A stretch of DNA of 64,000 bases from contig CAKUWT010000002.1 in the NCBI GenBank assembly GCA_934699595.1, forward strand, positions 37,065 through 101,064. The letters run 5' to 3'. The notes under the pieces are model-generated. The model made no database searches, was not told where the DNA came from, and saw nothing but the letters and a program-made list of their open reading frames with translations. The translations under genes were made by a program, and so were the position numbers. This DNA is from an uncultured Patescibacteria group bacterium. GTDB lineage: Bacteria; Patescibacteriota; Minisyncoccia; Phycocordibacterales; UBA918. Below, piece after piece: positions 25,386 through 35,060 of the stretch (the stretch's first letter is position 1; each line of letters begins with the position of its first letter).

Positions 25386-25832
25386 ATGATGAAATTAATG
25401 AAAGAACGTGGTTTCACCCTCATCGAACTCTTGGTGGTGATTGCCATTATTGGTATTCTCGCCGCTGTAGTCTTAGCTTCACTTAACGATGCACGTAAGT
25501 CTGGTAATGATGCTGCTCTAAAACAATCGATGGCGTCACTAAGATCACAGGCGGAGATTTTCTATAATGAAAATAGTTTTTCTTACAGCGGTTTCTGTGC
25601 CACCTTGGCTACCGGTCAGCCAAACGCAGCTCTAGCTGCCTCAATTCAGAACAATAGTAACGGGGCAGGTGCTCCTGTGTGTGTGCAAAATACCAGTGGC
25701 ACAGGTTGGGCAACCACAGCTATTATATCTTCAGGTAGAAAGTGGTGTGTAGATAGTACTGGAGTGGCTAGGGATATTGCTGCTGCGGCTACAACCCCTA
25801 CAAATGCGGACCCTACTTGTCCAGCTTCTTAA
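25386..25832 (+). CDS. Type IV major pilin, copy 1
   Basis: 148 aa with the prepilin leader MMKLMKERG followed by FTLIELLVVIAIIGILAAVVL, and C-terminal Cys pairs. Confidence 0.85.
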   Translation: MMKLMKERGFTLIELLVVIAIIGILAAVVLASLNDARKSGNDAALKQSMASLRSQAEIFYNENSFSYSGFCATLATGQPNAALAASIQNNSNGAGAPVCVQNTSGTGWATTAIISSGRKWCVDSTGVARDIAAAATTPTNADPTCPAS

Positions 25833-25854
25833 TTTAGTATAAAAACCAAATAAT

Positions 25855-25884
25855 AAAACAAGACCCGTATCCGGGTCTTGTTTT
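25855..25884 (+). terminator. Rho-independent terminator after pilin 1
   Basis: AAAACAAGACCCG-TAT-CCGGGTCTTGTTTT. Confidence 0.65.
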
Positions 25885-26053
25885 ATTATGATTAACTGTC
25901 CCAGTTATATATACCTAGGAGTTATGCACAGACAAAAATAATTACCATACTGGATATAGAGGTTTCTTGTATACTTAAAAAAGATTAAGGTATACAGCTG
26001 TTACCTGAATCAAACTGATAACAAACCTTATCAATAAAAATTTAAGAATCAAT

Positions 26054-26494
26054 ATGATGAAATTAATGAAAGAACGTGGTTTCACCCTCATCGAACTCTT
26101 GGTGGTGATCGCTATTATCGGTATTCTCGCCGCTGTAGTCTTAGCTTCACTTAATGACGCCCGTAAGTCTGGTAATGATGCCGCTTTGAAACAGTCGATG
26201 GCGTCGGTGCGGTCGCAAGCAGAAATTCATTATAATGAAAATGGCTTTTCTTATGCCACTTTCTGTGACAGTGGTACATTGGCTTCTGCCAATGCAGCCT
26301 TGCGTGATTCTATTAGGAATAATAGCAGCGACAACACTAATCCCGTTTGTACTTCGAGTGCAGATGCCTGGGCGGCCTCAGCTAGGATTTCTGACAATCC
26401 CGGTACTACCGCTCGCTATTGGTGTGTAGATAGTACGGGTGCGGCCAGAGAGGGGACGACTGCTCTAGGATCTAGCGCGACAGTTTGTCCGTAG
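26054..26494 (+). CDS. Type IV major pilin, copy 2
   Basis: 146 aa. The first roughly 60 codons and 71 nt of upstream sequence are near-identical at the nucleotide level to copy 1. The C-terminus is divergent. Confidence 0.85.
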   Translation: MMKLMKERGFTLIELLVVIAIIGILAAVVLASLNDARKSGNDAALKQSMASVRSQAEIHYNENGFSYATFCDSGTLASANAALRDSIRNNSSDNTNPVCTSSADAWAASARISDNPGTTARYWCVDSTGAAREGTTALGSSATVCP

Positions 26495-26510
26495 ACCGCT
26501 AGTCTTGAGG

Positions 26511-26549
26511 AAAACAAAAACCGCCATCTTTGATGGCGGTTTTTGTTTT
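26511..26549 (+). terminator. Rho-independent terminator after pilin 2
   Basis: AAAACAAAAACCGCCATC-TTTG-ATGGCGGTTTTTGTTTT. Confidence 0.65.
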
Positions 26550-26575
26550 CCTAAGTATGTTATTATTTGAGGACA

Positions 26576-27043
26576 ATGAGATTGTGCCAATTACAGCTAG
26601 GTAAACAGCGGGGTTTCACCCTCATCGAACTCTTGGTGGTGATTGCAATTATCGGTATTCTGGCTGCCGTAGTTTTAGCTTCATTAAATAGTGCCCGCAA
26701 ACAAGGGAATGATGCTGCTCTAAAACAATCGATGGCGTCACTAAGATCACAGGCGGAGATTTATTACCTAAGAAGTAATTTTACTTACGACGGTTTCTGC
26801 GACACGTTAACCTCCGGAAAAGTTAATGCGCACTTAGGAGATTCGATTAAGAAAAACAGCAACAACAACACTGCTCCAGTTTGTAATGATGAGGATCAGG
26901 TTTGGGCTGCCTCGGCACAGATATCTCCACAGGGTGTAGTGAGCCGCTATTGGTGTGTAGACAGCACGGGAGTCGCCAAGGAGCAGGCTTCTGCTTTGGC
27001 TGGCATGGCTGGCGCACCCGCGGTCGACACCCAGTGTTTGTAA
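26576..27043 (+). CDS. Type IV major pilin, copy 3 (longer leader peptide)
   Basis: The ATG at 26576 gives MRLCQLQLGKQRG|FTLIELLVVIAIIGILAAVVL. The track's TTG at 26567 is an alternative start. The C-terminal half is divergent. Confidence 0.8.
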   Translation: MRLCQLQLGKQRGFTLIELLVVIAIIGILAAVVLASLNSARKQGNDAALKQSMASLRSQAEIYYLRSNFTYDGFCDTLTSGKVNAHLGDSIKKNSNNNTAPVCNDEDQVWAASAQISPQGVVSRYWCVDSTGVAKEQASALAGMAGAPAVDTQCL

Positions 27044-27045
27044 GC

Positions 27046-27387
27046 CCGGCTTCTTCGGTGCGCTCACAGGCGGAGATTCATTATTTAAAAAATGGTTTCA
27101 CTTACACTAGTTTTTGTAACTCTTTTAACTCCGGCCAAGCAAATTTTCCCTTAGGGCAATCAATTAAGAAAAATAGTTATGCCAATGAAGGAATCGCTTG
27201 TATGGATAGAAATTCTAGCTGGGCTGTTGTTGCTCCGGTGTTACGAGAGGGGGGCGAAGTGAAGGCGTGGTGCGTAGACAGCACTGGCTGGGCGGGGATG
27301 CTGCAGGTTTCAGATAGTTTATATTACTATAATGCCAATATCTTAAAGCCAGACTCATGCCACTCCTTTACTCTTGTTGCCAGTTAG
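27046..27387 (+). pseudogene. 5'-truncated pilin copy lacking start codon, leader and N-terminal helix; a silent-cassette candidate
   Basis: Reading-frame homology begins at ...SVRSQAEIHYLKNGFTY..FC...GQSIKKNS...WCVDSTG, matching the pilin C-terminal domains (compare copy 2 ASVRSQAEIHYNENGFSY and copy 3 GDSIKKNS). It directly abuts the pilin 3 stop and is only read through from an out-of-frame overlap, 26902.. in the track. Confidence 0.6.
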
Positions 27388-27462
27388 GTGGTGTTATCGG
27401 TACCGATTTTGCGGTAATGCTAAGTTGCTTTTTCTTGATAACTAAGTAAACTAACCACTGTT

Positions 27463-28608
27463 ATGACGCATACACACGAACACAATTTAGATTATAAAAA
27501 ACTATTTACCGTTACTCCTAAAGAGGACTCAACTGTGGAAATTGTCGGAGAGTTACCCTACGAAGCTCTGTTAGAAGAGCGACCAGCCGCTATTAAACAG
27601 TTGGGTAAGCAGTTAAAAGTAGACGGTTTTCGCAAGGGGCACCTTCCGGAAGCTGTGATTATTAGTAAAGTCGGTGAGATGGCTATCTTGACCGAAATGG
27701 CGGAGCGTGCTGTGGCGCATCACTACGGACATATAGTAGAAGCGTTTGAGTTGGCTGCCCTCGGACGTCCGCAGATTGCACTTACCAAAATTGCCCCTGA
27801 GAACCCGCTTGGTTTTACCGCTACAACGGCAGTTTTCCCTGATTTTACTCTACCGAACTACAAGGAAATCGCACACGTGGCTAATCTAAAGAAGGTTACC
27901 GCGGTGGTGGAGGAGGCTGATGTTGATAAACAGATTAGTGATATTCTACGACAAAAGGTCGCATACGAACGTTTGCAAAAAAAAGCAGTTGCTAAATCTG
28001 CAAAAGATAAGTCAGAAGAAACAGCTAATAATAATAAGAACGAAGATGTGATTGAATCCCAGGAAGACTTGGATAAGTTACCTCTTCCCGAACTGACTGA
28101 TGAGTTGGTTAAAACGCTGGGACAACCGGGACAGTTTACTGATGTGACTGATTTTAAAGCTAAGATTAAAGAGCATCTGCAAATTGAAAAAGAACGTGAA
28201 GCAACAGCCAAGAACCGCACCAATGTTACCGAGGCAGTGATGGCGGAGACGAAATTGGTGGTGCCTCGAGTACTCCTAGATGCAGAACTTTCGCAAATGT
28301 GGGCAGAGATGCAAGACAATTTGTCACAAGCCAATCTACAGATGGGTGACTATTTAAAACATATTAAAAAAACTGAGACTGAGCTCAAGAAAGAATGGGA
28401 GGGCGACGCTAAAAAACGGGTGGAGTTGCAGTTGATTTTGAGCGCGATCGCGAAAGAAGAACAGCCAGAACTTGATCAGGAAGCTGTCACGGGTGAAGTG
28501 GAGGCAATTCTCAAGCAATACCCGGGAGCTGATGAAGAGCGAGTAAGGTCTTACGTTACTAATATGATGACCAATGAGGCGGTGATGAAAATGCTAACCG
28601 AGGCCTAG
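27463..28608 (+). CDS. tig: Trigger factor-like chaperone lacking the PPIase (FKBP) domain
   Basis: 381 aa with the ribosome-binding signature VDGFRKGHLP (E. coli IDGFRKGKVP) and N- and C-terminal domains alignable to TF. The FKBP region is replaced by a K/E/N-rich linker. Confidence 0.65.
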   Translation: MTHTHEHNLDYKKLFTVTPKEDSTVEIVGELPYEALLEERPAAIKQLGKQLKVDGFRKGHLPEAVIISKVGEMAILTEMAERAVAHHYGHIVEAFELAALGRPQIALTKIAPENPLGFTATTAVFPDFTLPNYKEIAHVANLKKVTAVVEEADVDKQISDILRQKVAYERLQKKAVAKSAKDKSEETANNNKNEDVIESQEDLDKLPLPELTDELVKTLGQPGQFTDVTDFKAKIKEHLQIEKEREATAKNRTNVTEAVMAETKLVVPRVLLDAELSQMWAEMQDNLSQANLQMGDYLKHIKKTETELKKEWEGDAKKRVELQLILSAIAKEEQPELDQEAVTGEVEAILKQYPGADEERVRSYVTNMMTNEAVMKMLTEA

Positions 28609-28656
28609 AGTCGTTCCTGACAGTTCGTATTTTTGTGGTATGCACAGGATTAACCT

Positions 28657-29232
28657 GTGCAGGAGGTAACAAGTAGACCGATAAAGGTTATACTAGTGGG
28701 GATGTTGATATGCTATCGAAGTTTGGCAGCGTTTTTAGTAGGGAGCAGCTTATGGCTGTGGCCCCTAGCTATTTTGGCTGAGGAGACGGTAATGGCAACG
28801 ACAACAGCTGAGGAAACGGTCGCTACCAGCACACCCTCTTTGATGGGAGCTTTGTCCTCGGTGGGGCAAACTCGATTACAGGTTTTATTTAATGCTCAAA
28901 ATCGCCGCCTGAGTTTGGCAGTACAACGTTTAGAAAATATTACCAAGCGTTTAGAGACGCATATTCCAGAAGATTTGGAAGAAGTTGAGAGTTATGAGCA
29001 ATTATCCTCTGAGACTAAAGCGGAACTAGCTATTTGGATGGCTAAAGAAACTTTGACCACGGCTAAGACAGCTCTTGGTCAGGCTGAAGGTCGTAACGCT
29101 ACCGTCCTTTTGAGTCCAGATCCAGAATTTGTTTGGCAGCAACTAAAAACTGAGTATTTGGCAGTTGAGCATGCTTTGAAAGCGACTCAAAATGCTCTTG
29201 AGCTAGCTTTGTATAATTTAATTATTAAATAA
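28657..29232 (+). CDS. Hypothetical protein with an N-terminal hydrophobic segment
   Basis: 191-aa ORF with no recognisable motif; the start codon is uncertain. Confidence 0.3.
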   Translation: MQEVTSRPIKVILVGMLICYRSLAAFLVGSSLWLWPLAILAEETVMATTTAEETVATSTPSLMGALSSVGQTRLQVLFNAQNRRLSLAVQRLENITKRLETHIPEDLEEVESYEQLSSETKAELAIWMAKETLTTAKTALGQAEGRNATVLLSPDPEFVWQQLKTEYLAVEHALKATQNALELALYNLIIK

Positions 29233-29234
29233 CC

Positions 29235-29732
29235 ATGCCTGATCCGACCAAAACACAGCCTGATTTTTCTCGAGAAGAGATGATTATGCCTAAAGACGAT
29301 AGTGGAATACGACTAGTTCCTGCGGCCAAGGTGAGTAAATCAGTTAGCAAGGTTTTTGTGGTGACAGCGCTTGGTCTATTGTTGGTAACAGCGCTAATCA
29401 TCCTGGGCGCACTGTTTCTACCCAAGGTTGATTGGCGGCAATGGCTTGCGGGGTCGTCGGCAGATTTTGTTGTTGAAGAAAAAGTGCCTCCATTTATGGT
29501 CAAAACAGAAGCACCTGAAAAAAATCAGGATTTGGAAGATTTGATGAAATATAGTGAATCAACAGATTTGGAAGCAATCGCTACCGATTTGGCCGCAACT
29601 GATTTTAGAAATATTTTACTGGAGGTGAACCAGATCGAGCGTGAGATCAAGGCTGATCTAGCTACTAGCGCTAGCAGTAGCGACCCTGCTCTCCATGTTG
29701 GTGATGAGGATGAAGCGGAAGAAGAGAGATAG
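29235..29732 (+). CDS. Hypothetical single-pass membrane protein with an acidic C-terminus
   Basis: 165 aa with TM VFVVTALGLLLVTALIILGALFL and a D/E-rich tail. Confidence 0.35.
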   Translation: MPDPTKTQPDFSREEMIMPKDDSGIRLVPAAKVSKSVSKVFVVTALGLLLVTALIILGALFLPKVDWRQWLAGSSADFVVEEKVPPFMVKTEAPEKNQDLEDLMKYSESTDLEAIATDLAATDFRNILLEVNQIEREIKADLATSASSSDPALHVGDEDEAEEER

Positions 29733-29800
29733 GACAAGTTAGTAAATAATAAAACCGTCTAGCATGAGACGGTTTTATTATATTGGTTGTCAATTTGTCT

Positions 29801-30319
29801 CTAATCTTGTTGTTGGTACATCTCTACACTTTTAGTAAAAGCGTCCTTGGCGGCAGTGGCGCCAGACCATTCGCCCACACTTACCTCTTTATGTTGGACT
29901 TTTTTATAGGTTTCAAAGAAATGCGTCATCTCTTTGATAAAGTGCTTGTTGAGGTCAGCTAAGTCTTGCACATCGTCGAAACGAGGATCGTCAATCGGAA
30001 CCGCCACCACTTTATCGTCACGGTCGCCGCCATCAATCATTTCCATGATAGCCACCGGACGCGCTCGCACGAGAATACCTGGAGCGAGTGGGTAAGTGGT
30101 AAGCAGCACCACATCTAGAGCGTCGCCATCATCAAATAGTGTCTGCGGTACAAAGCCATAATCGAAAGGATAGTCTTGAGCGGTATGCATCACTCGGTCA
30201 AGAGCAATAATGCCGGTTTCTTTATCAATCTCGTACTTATTCTTAGAGAACTTTGGAATTTCAATAATCACATTCATTGCCTCAGTAGTACCGGCAGGAA
30301 TATCATGTAGTAGGTTCAT
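29801..30319 (-). CDS. ppa: Inorganic pyrophosphatase (family I)
   Basis: 172 aa with the DGDALDVVLL motif and overall PPase pattern. Confidence 0.9.
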   Translation of the reverse strand: MNLLHDIPAGTTEAMNVIIEIPKFSKNKYEIDKETGIIALDRVMHTAQDYPFDYGFVPQTLFDDGDALDVVLLTTYPLAPGILVRARPVAIMEMIDGGDRDDKVVAVPIDDPRFDDVQDLADLNKHFIKEMTHFFETYKKVQHKEVSVGEWSGATAAKDAFTKSVEMYQQQD

Positions 30320-30349
30320 ATTATTGTTTAATTAAGAAATAGTAAAACC

Positions 30350-31732
30350 TTAGACGGTCTCATCAGTTTTATTTGCTTCGGTGACCTCCGGCTCTCCTTC
30401 AGCTGCTTCTACAGCATCAATAGCTGCTTCCGCCTCCTCAGGAGTGTCGACTGGGTCTTCTTCGTCACGATCAGGATTAAGGCCACGGTCTTCTGTGCGC
30501 TCATCGCCAGGATCATTAGCTGGAACAGAGTCGATGATATCAGTAGTGACTTCTTCGGGAGCTTCTTCTCCCGCTTCCGGAGTACTGGAAACAATGTCAA
30601 TTTTCCAACCAGTCAACTTGGCAGCTAAGCGCACATTTTGTCCGCCACGACCAATGGCTAGTGACTGTTGATCGGTCTGGACCACAGCTTCAGCATGGCC
30701 ACGTTCGTTGCTTTCCTCATTAGGTTCGCTAAGAATATTTACTTGCAAGACTCGCGCAGGTAGTAAAGCGTCCTCGACGAACTCCTCATTGACTGGGGAC
30801 CATTCGATAATATCAATTTTTTCTCCACCCAGCTCACTCATTACGGTGCTAACGCGCACTCCGTGCTGTCCAACCAAAGAGCCGACGGGATCAACATATT
30901 CGTCATGAGAAAAGACAGCAATTTTAGACCGAGCACCGGCTTCACGAGCTACTGCTTTTACTTCCACGGTGCCGTTTTGTAGCTCAGGAGTCTCTTGGGC
31001 GAACAGTTCCACCAAGAAATCAGGATGTGCCCGAGAGAGTTTTAAGAATACGCCGCGAGAGCTTTCCTCCACGGCCAACAGTAGTGCCCGAATACGATCG
31101 CCAGGTTTGTAGCGCTCACCAGGAATCTGTTCTTCGTAAGGCATCATGGCAGTGACGCGACCAAGGTCGACGTACAAGAAGCCCCGTTCAAAACGTTGCA
31201 CCTGTCCGACCACAATTTGTCCAGCTTTTTGGCCAAAGTCTGCCATGGCCGCGTCTTTTTCAGCTTCCCGGAATTTTTGCATAATCACCTGCTTGGCAGT
31301 CTGGGCAGCAATCCGACCAAAGTCTGACTTACTCTCGAGTGAAAAGGCCAATTCCTCACCCGGCTCCACATCACGCTTAATCATGCGGGCAGTATCAATC
31401 ATGATGTGCTTCTCCTCATCGAAACGAACTTTCTGGTCGGTGTCCTCGCTGATCTCCTCAGTTTCAGTAGTATTTTCTCCAGTTTCATCCTCGTCTTCCT
31501 CACTTACTTCACGAATCATCTCGGGACTAACCGCGATTTTAATTTGTTCAAACACGACGTTACCCGTCGCTAGGTCAAAATGCGCCTTAATCACTTGGCC
31601 GCGCTGCCCGTATTCCTTTTTGTAAGCGGTTGCGAGTGACTGCTCAATCGCTTCAATAATCCGTTCGCGGGAAATACCGCGCTCGGTCTCCATTTCTTCC
31701 AGGACGGAGTTGATGGCTTTTAAATCAAACAT
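30350..31732 (-). CDS. nusA: Transcription termination/antitermination factor NusA
   Basis: N-terminal domain, S1 and two KH domains, and an acidic C-terminal tail. The start at 31732 (MFDLKAINSV...) is preferred over the upstream in-frame ATG at 31810. Confidence 0.9.
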   Translation of the reverse strand: MFDLKAINSVLEEMETERGISRERIIEAIEQSLATAYKKEYGQRGQVIKAHFDLATGNVVFEQIKIAVSPEMIREVSEEDEDETGENTTETEEISEDTDQKVRFDEEKHIMIDTARMIKRDVEPGEELAFSLESKSDFGRIAAQTAKQVIMQKFREAEKDAAMADFGQKAGQIVVGQVQRFERGFLYVDLGRVTAMMPYEEQIPGERYKPGDRIRALLLAVEESSRGVFLKLSRAHPDFLVELFAQETPELQNGTVEVKAVAREAGARSKIAVFSHDEYVDPVGSLVGQHGVRVSTVMSELGGEKIDIIEWSPVNEEFVEDALLPARVLQVNILSEPNEESNERGHAEAVVQTDQQSLAIGRGGQNVRLAAKLTGWKIDIVSSTPEAGEEAPEEVTTDIIDSVPANDPGDERTEDRGLNPDRDEEDPVDTPEEAEAAIDAVEAAEGEPEVTEANKTDETV

Positions 31733-32067
31733 AAATAAATAATGGTGGGGTATACCCCTTAATATGTAATCTTGGTTTAGTTGCTGGGCGAGCCAGGCAT
31801 GAGAAACCAAGATATTTTAATAATTTGGCAGAATTTAAGAGGGCTCTAGCTCTTGTTTGCTCTCTAGTTTAGACCAGAGGCGGCACCGCTAAACTCTACC
31901 GATAACAAGTTGCGCGGGCCCAAGGCCCGCGCAACAGTTACAGATCACTGTACCACAATTTGATTCTTTTTACAAAATTTTTTTGGGCGGCTACCTGTGT
32001 AAAGTGGCGGGCGTAGTTACTCTACTATCGTGTATAATTGAATCAGTTAAATAGGTGACTAGTTTTT

Positions 32068-33822
32068 ATGGACATTAAGGATAAGCAACTAAAAGAATTT
32101 ATTCTCGACTCTGGGTTGATTACTAAGGGGGAACTGGTCGAGGCTGAGAAAGTGGCGGCTGAGGAAGGGCGGACTTTGGCGGAGGCTTTGGTAACTAGTG
32201 GGCAGATTACCGAGGACGATATGCGTCGGGTGAATTCTTATATCACTGGTATCCCCTACATCTCTCTGAAAGATTTACAGAACATTGATTTTGAAGTGCT
32301 ATCTCTTATTCCAGAACCAGTCGCCCGTACTCATAATATCGTCGCATACAAAAGAACCGATCGTGAGCTTGAGGTGGCCATGCTGGACGTGGCTGATTTG
32401 GCAGCGATTGATTTTGTTAAGAAGAAAGTGGGTTTAAAAATCCTTCCTAGGCTGACAGACAGCGAATCAATGCGTCGGGCTTTACAGCGCTATCAGAAAA
32501 CTCTTAAGGATGAGTTTGGCGACTTTATTGCTGAGGATGCCAAAGCTTTAAAAACTATTAAAACAGAAGATGGTAGCGAAGTATCAGAGACTGATTTAAA
32601 AAAGATGGCCGAGGATTTGCCAGTGGTGCGGATCGTAGACACGCTTTTGCGGCACGCGGTTATTCAGAATGCTTCCGATGTGCACATTGAGCCGATGGAA
32701 GAGGAGGTTTTGGTCCGGTACCGGATTGACGGTATTTTGAGTGATGCCATGAAGCTGCCCAAAAGTGCGGCTGATATGATTGTGGCGAGAATCAAAGTGT
32801 TGTCTAATTTGAAGCTTGACCAAAAACGTCTTCCGCAAGACGGGCGGTTTAAGATTGAGATGGATGGGCAGAAAGTCTCTCTCCGTGTTTCAGTGTTACC
32901 AATTTATTTTGGAGAAAAGGTGGTGATGCGCTTGTTGCGGGAGAATCGCTCGGGGTATTCCTTGGAGGGTATCGGTTTTCATGGTCAGTCTTTGGAAAGA
33001 ATTCATCGGGCTATGCGCACCACGACAGGAATTATCCTTATTACCGGACCGACCGGATCTGGTAAGTCCACCACTTTATATACTATTTTGGATTTACTCA
33101 ATACTCCGGAGGTAAATATTTCTACGATTGAAGACCCAATTGAGTACCAGATGCCGCGGATTAACCAGACTCAGGTGAAGCCAGACATTGGTTTTACTTT
33201 TGCCAACGGTTTGCGTACGCTCATGCGACAAGATCCGGACATCATTATGGTGGGTGAGATCCGCGATCAAGAGACAGCTAGCTTGGCGATCAACGCTGCT
33301 CTCACAGGTCACTTAGTTTTAGCCACAGTACACACTAACTCCGCCGCTGGGACAGTAGCCCGCTTGACCGATATGGGCGTGGAGCCGTTTCTCTTGGTCT
33401 CTACTTTGCGAGTGGCGGTGGGACAACGTCTGGTGCGTAAGCTCACTGATGATAAAATTCCTTATATACTTAGCAAAGCCGAACGAGAAGAGTTGGCGCG
33501 ACATGCCAATATGGATTTGGTCTTGGCAGCCTTGAAGGAAGAAGGGGTGGTCAAAGGTAGTGCTACCTGGAATGATGTGGAGTTTTATCACCCCAAGGAA
33601 AACGGACTAACAGCCGATGGTTACCAAGGGCGGATGGGTATTCATGAGGTGTTTGAGGTGTCTGCGGCTATTAAAGAGTTGGTGATTGGACACAGGACAG
33701 GTGATGAGATTGAGGCTGAGGCCAGAAAAACTGGTATGCTCACGATGATGGAGGACGGTATTTTTAAAGCTGCCCGCGGACTTACGACTGTAGAAGAGGT
33801 CTTACGTGTAATTAATGAATAA
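32068..33822 (+). CDS. pilB: Type IV pilus assembly ATPase PilB (GspE family)
   Basis: 584 aa with N-terminal GSPII domains and Walker A GPTGSGKSTTLY. Confidence 0.9.
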   Translation: MDIKDKQLKEFILDSGLITKGELVEAEKVAAEEGRTLAEALVTSGQITEDDMRRVNSYITGIPYISLKDLQNIDFEVLSLIPEPVARTHNIVAYKRTDRELEVAMLDVADLAAIDFVKKKVGLKILPRLTDSESMRRALQRYQKTLKDEFGDFIAEDAKALKTIKTEDGSEVSETDLKKMAEDLPVVRIVDTLLRHAVIQNASDVHIEPMEEEVLVRYRIDGILSDAMKLPKSAADMIVARIKVLSNLKLDQKRLPQDGRFKIEMDGQKVSLRVSVLPIYFGEKVVMRLLRENRSGYSLEGIGFHGQSLERIHRAMRTTTGIILITGPTGSGKSTTLYTILDLLNTPEVNISTIEDPIEYQMPRINQTQVKPDIGFTFANGLRTLMRQDPDIIMVGEIRDQETASLAINAALTGHLVLATVHTNSAAGTVARLTDMGVEPFLLVSTLRVAVGQRLVRKLTDDKIPYILSKAEREELARHANMDLVLAALKEEGVVKGSATWNDVEFYHPKENGLTADGYQGRMGIHEVFEVSAAIKELVIGHRTGDEIEAEARKTGMLTMMEDGIFKAARGLTTVEEVLRVINE

Positions 33823-33830
33823 GTGGTCCT

Positions 33831-35060
33831 ATGAAAAAGTTTACCTACGAAGGCGAAGACGCAAGTGGTAAAAGAATCAAGGAGACTATTACTGCCAAAG
33901 ATCGTTACGCGGTATACGATATTGCTCGTGCCGAGGGACATCGAGTGACGGCTGTTAGCGAGTACAAGAATTTTTCTCTAGAGTCGCTAATTAATGTTGA
34001 GAAAATTAATCAAAAGCTCAGTCGTGTCAAACAGGATGAGTTAGTAATGATGACTCGGAACCTTGGTTCAATGTTGACAGCTGGTTTGACGGTAACCAGG
34101 GCGTTGTCAGTTATCGAAAGGCAAAGTAGTAACCCTAAACTAAAGGGGGTGATTAACCAGGTAGTAGAAGATGTTAACAAAGGAGGTCAGTTTTATGATG
34201 CTCTGAAAAAGTCTCCTAAAATTTTTGATAATTTATATGTAGCCATGGTGCGGGCGGGAGAAGAGAGTGGTAACTTAGCGGAATCGCTCAAAACCCTATC
34301 TTTGCAAATGGAGCGTTCTAGTAATCTAAAGAAAAAAATCAAGGGAGCCATGATTTATCCCTCGATCGTAATTGCGGTGATGGTGGTTATTGGTATTCTG
34401 ATGATGATCTTTGTGATGCCGGCTATCACTGGTATCTTCAAAGATATGGGTAACGAACTACCTGGGACGACCAAAGTTTTAATTGCAACCAGCGACTTTT
34501 TGGTAGCTAATACTATTTTGTCGTTAGTGACATTAGTTGGGGTGATTGTCGGCTTTATCTATTTCTTAGGTACTAAAATCGGCAAGCACTTCACTTCATG
34601 GCTGGTGGTACGGTTGCCAGTTATTGGTACCATGGCCAAAGAGACCAATGCAGCTCGAACGGCTCGAACACTATCGTCCTTATTAAATTCTGGGGTTGAT
34701 GTGTTGCAGTCTTTAGAGATTACTGAGGAAGTGGTACAGAATATTTACTACAAGCGGATTTTGCACGAAGCCGGTGAGAGGGTGGAAAAGGGTACTCCTC
34801 TCTCGACGACCTTTATTGCTCACAACCAACTTTACCCTATTCTGGTGGGAGAAATGATTCTGGTGGGAGAGGAAACTGGACAAATCGCCGGTATGTTGGG
34901 TGAGCTGGCAATTTTTTATGAGAACGAAGTAGAGAGAAAAACTAAAGATCTCTCCACCATTGTGGAACCATTATTAATGGTTGTAATCGGCGCCTCGGTT
35001 GGTTTCTTTGCCTTGGCTCTGATTGCGCCAATTTATTCTATTTCCGATGGCTTGTCTTAG
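33831..35060 (+). CDS. pilC: Type IV pilus inner-membrane platform protein PilC (GspF family)
   Basis: 409 aa with duplicated GspF domains and TM helices. Confidence 0.9.
   Translation: MKKFTYEGEDASGKRIKETITAKDRYAVYDIARAEGHRVTAVSEYKNFSLESLINVEKINQKLSRVKQDELVMMTRNLGSMLTAGLTVTRALSVIERQSSNPKLKGVINQVVEDVNKGGQFYDALKKSPKIFDNLYVAMVRAGEESGNLAESLKTLSLQMERSSNLKKKIKGAMIYPSIVIAVMVVIGILMMIFVMPAITGIFKDMGNELPGTTKVLIATSDFLVANTILSLVTLVGVIVGFIYFLGTKIGKHFTSWLVVRLPVIGTMAKETNAARTARTLSSLLNSGVDVLQSLEITEEVVQNIYYKRILHEAGERVEKGTPLSTTFIAHNQLYPILVGEMILVGEETGQIAGMLGELAIFYENEVERKTKDLSTIVEPLLMVVIGASVGFFALALIAPIYSISDGLS

Noticed and set aside
26902-27387. 161-aa ORF as an independent gene
   Set aside because: Its N-terminal part is an out-of-frame overlap of pilin 3. 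Only the part after 27046 carries pilin homology, and it lacks its own start. It is better interpreted as a silent pilin cassette.
31733-31810. Longer NusA start at 31810
   Set aside because: The extra 26 residues (MVSHAWLAQQLNQDYILRGIPHHYLF) do not resemble a NusA N-terminus. Canonical NusA begins near MFDLKAI. The choice remains uncertain.
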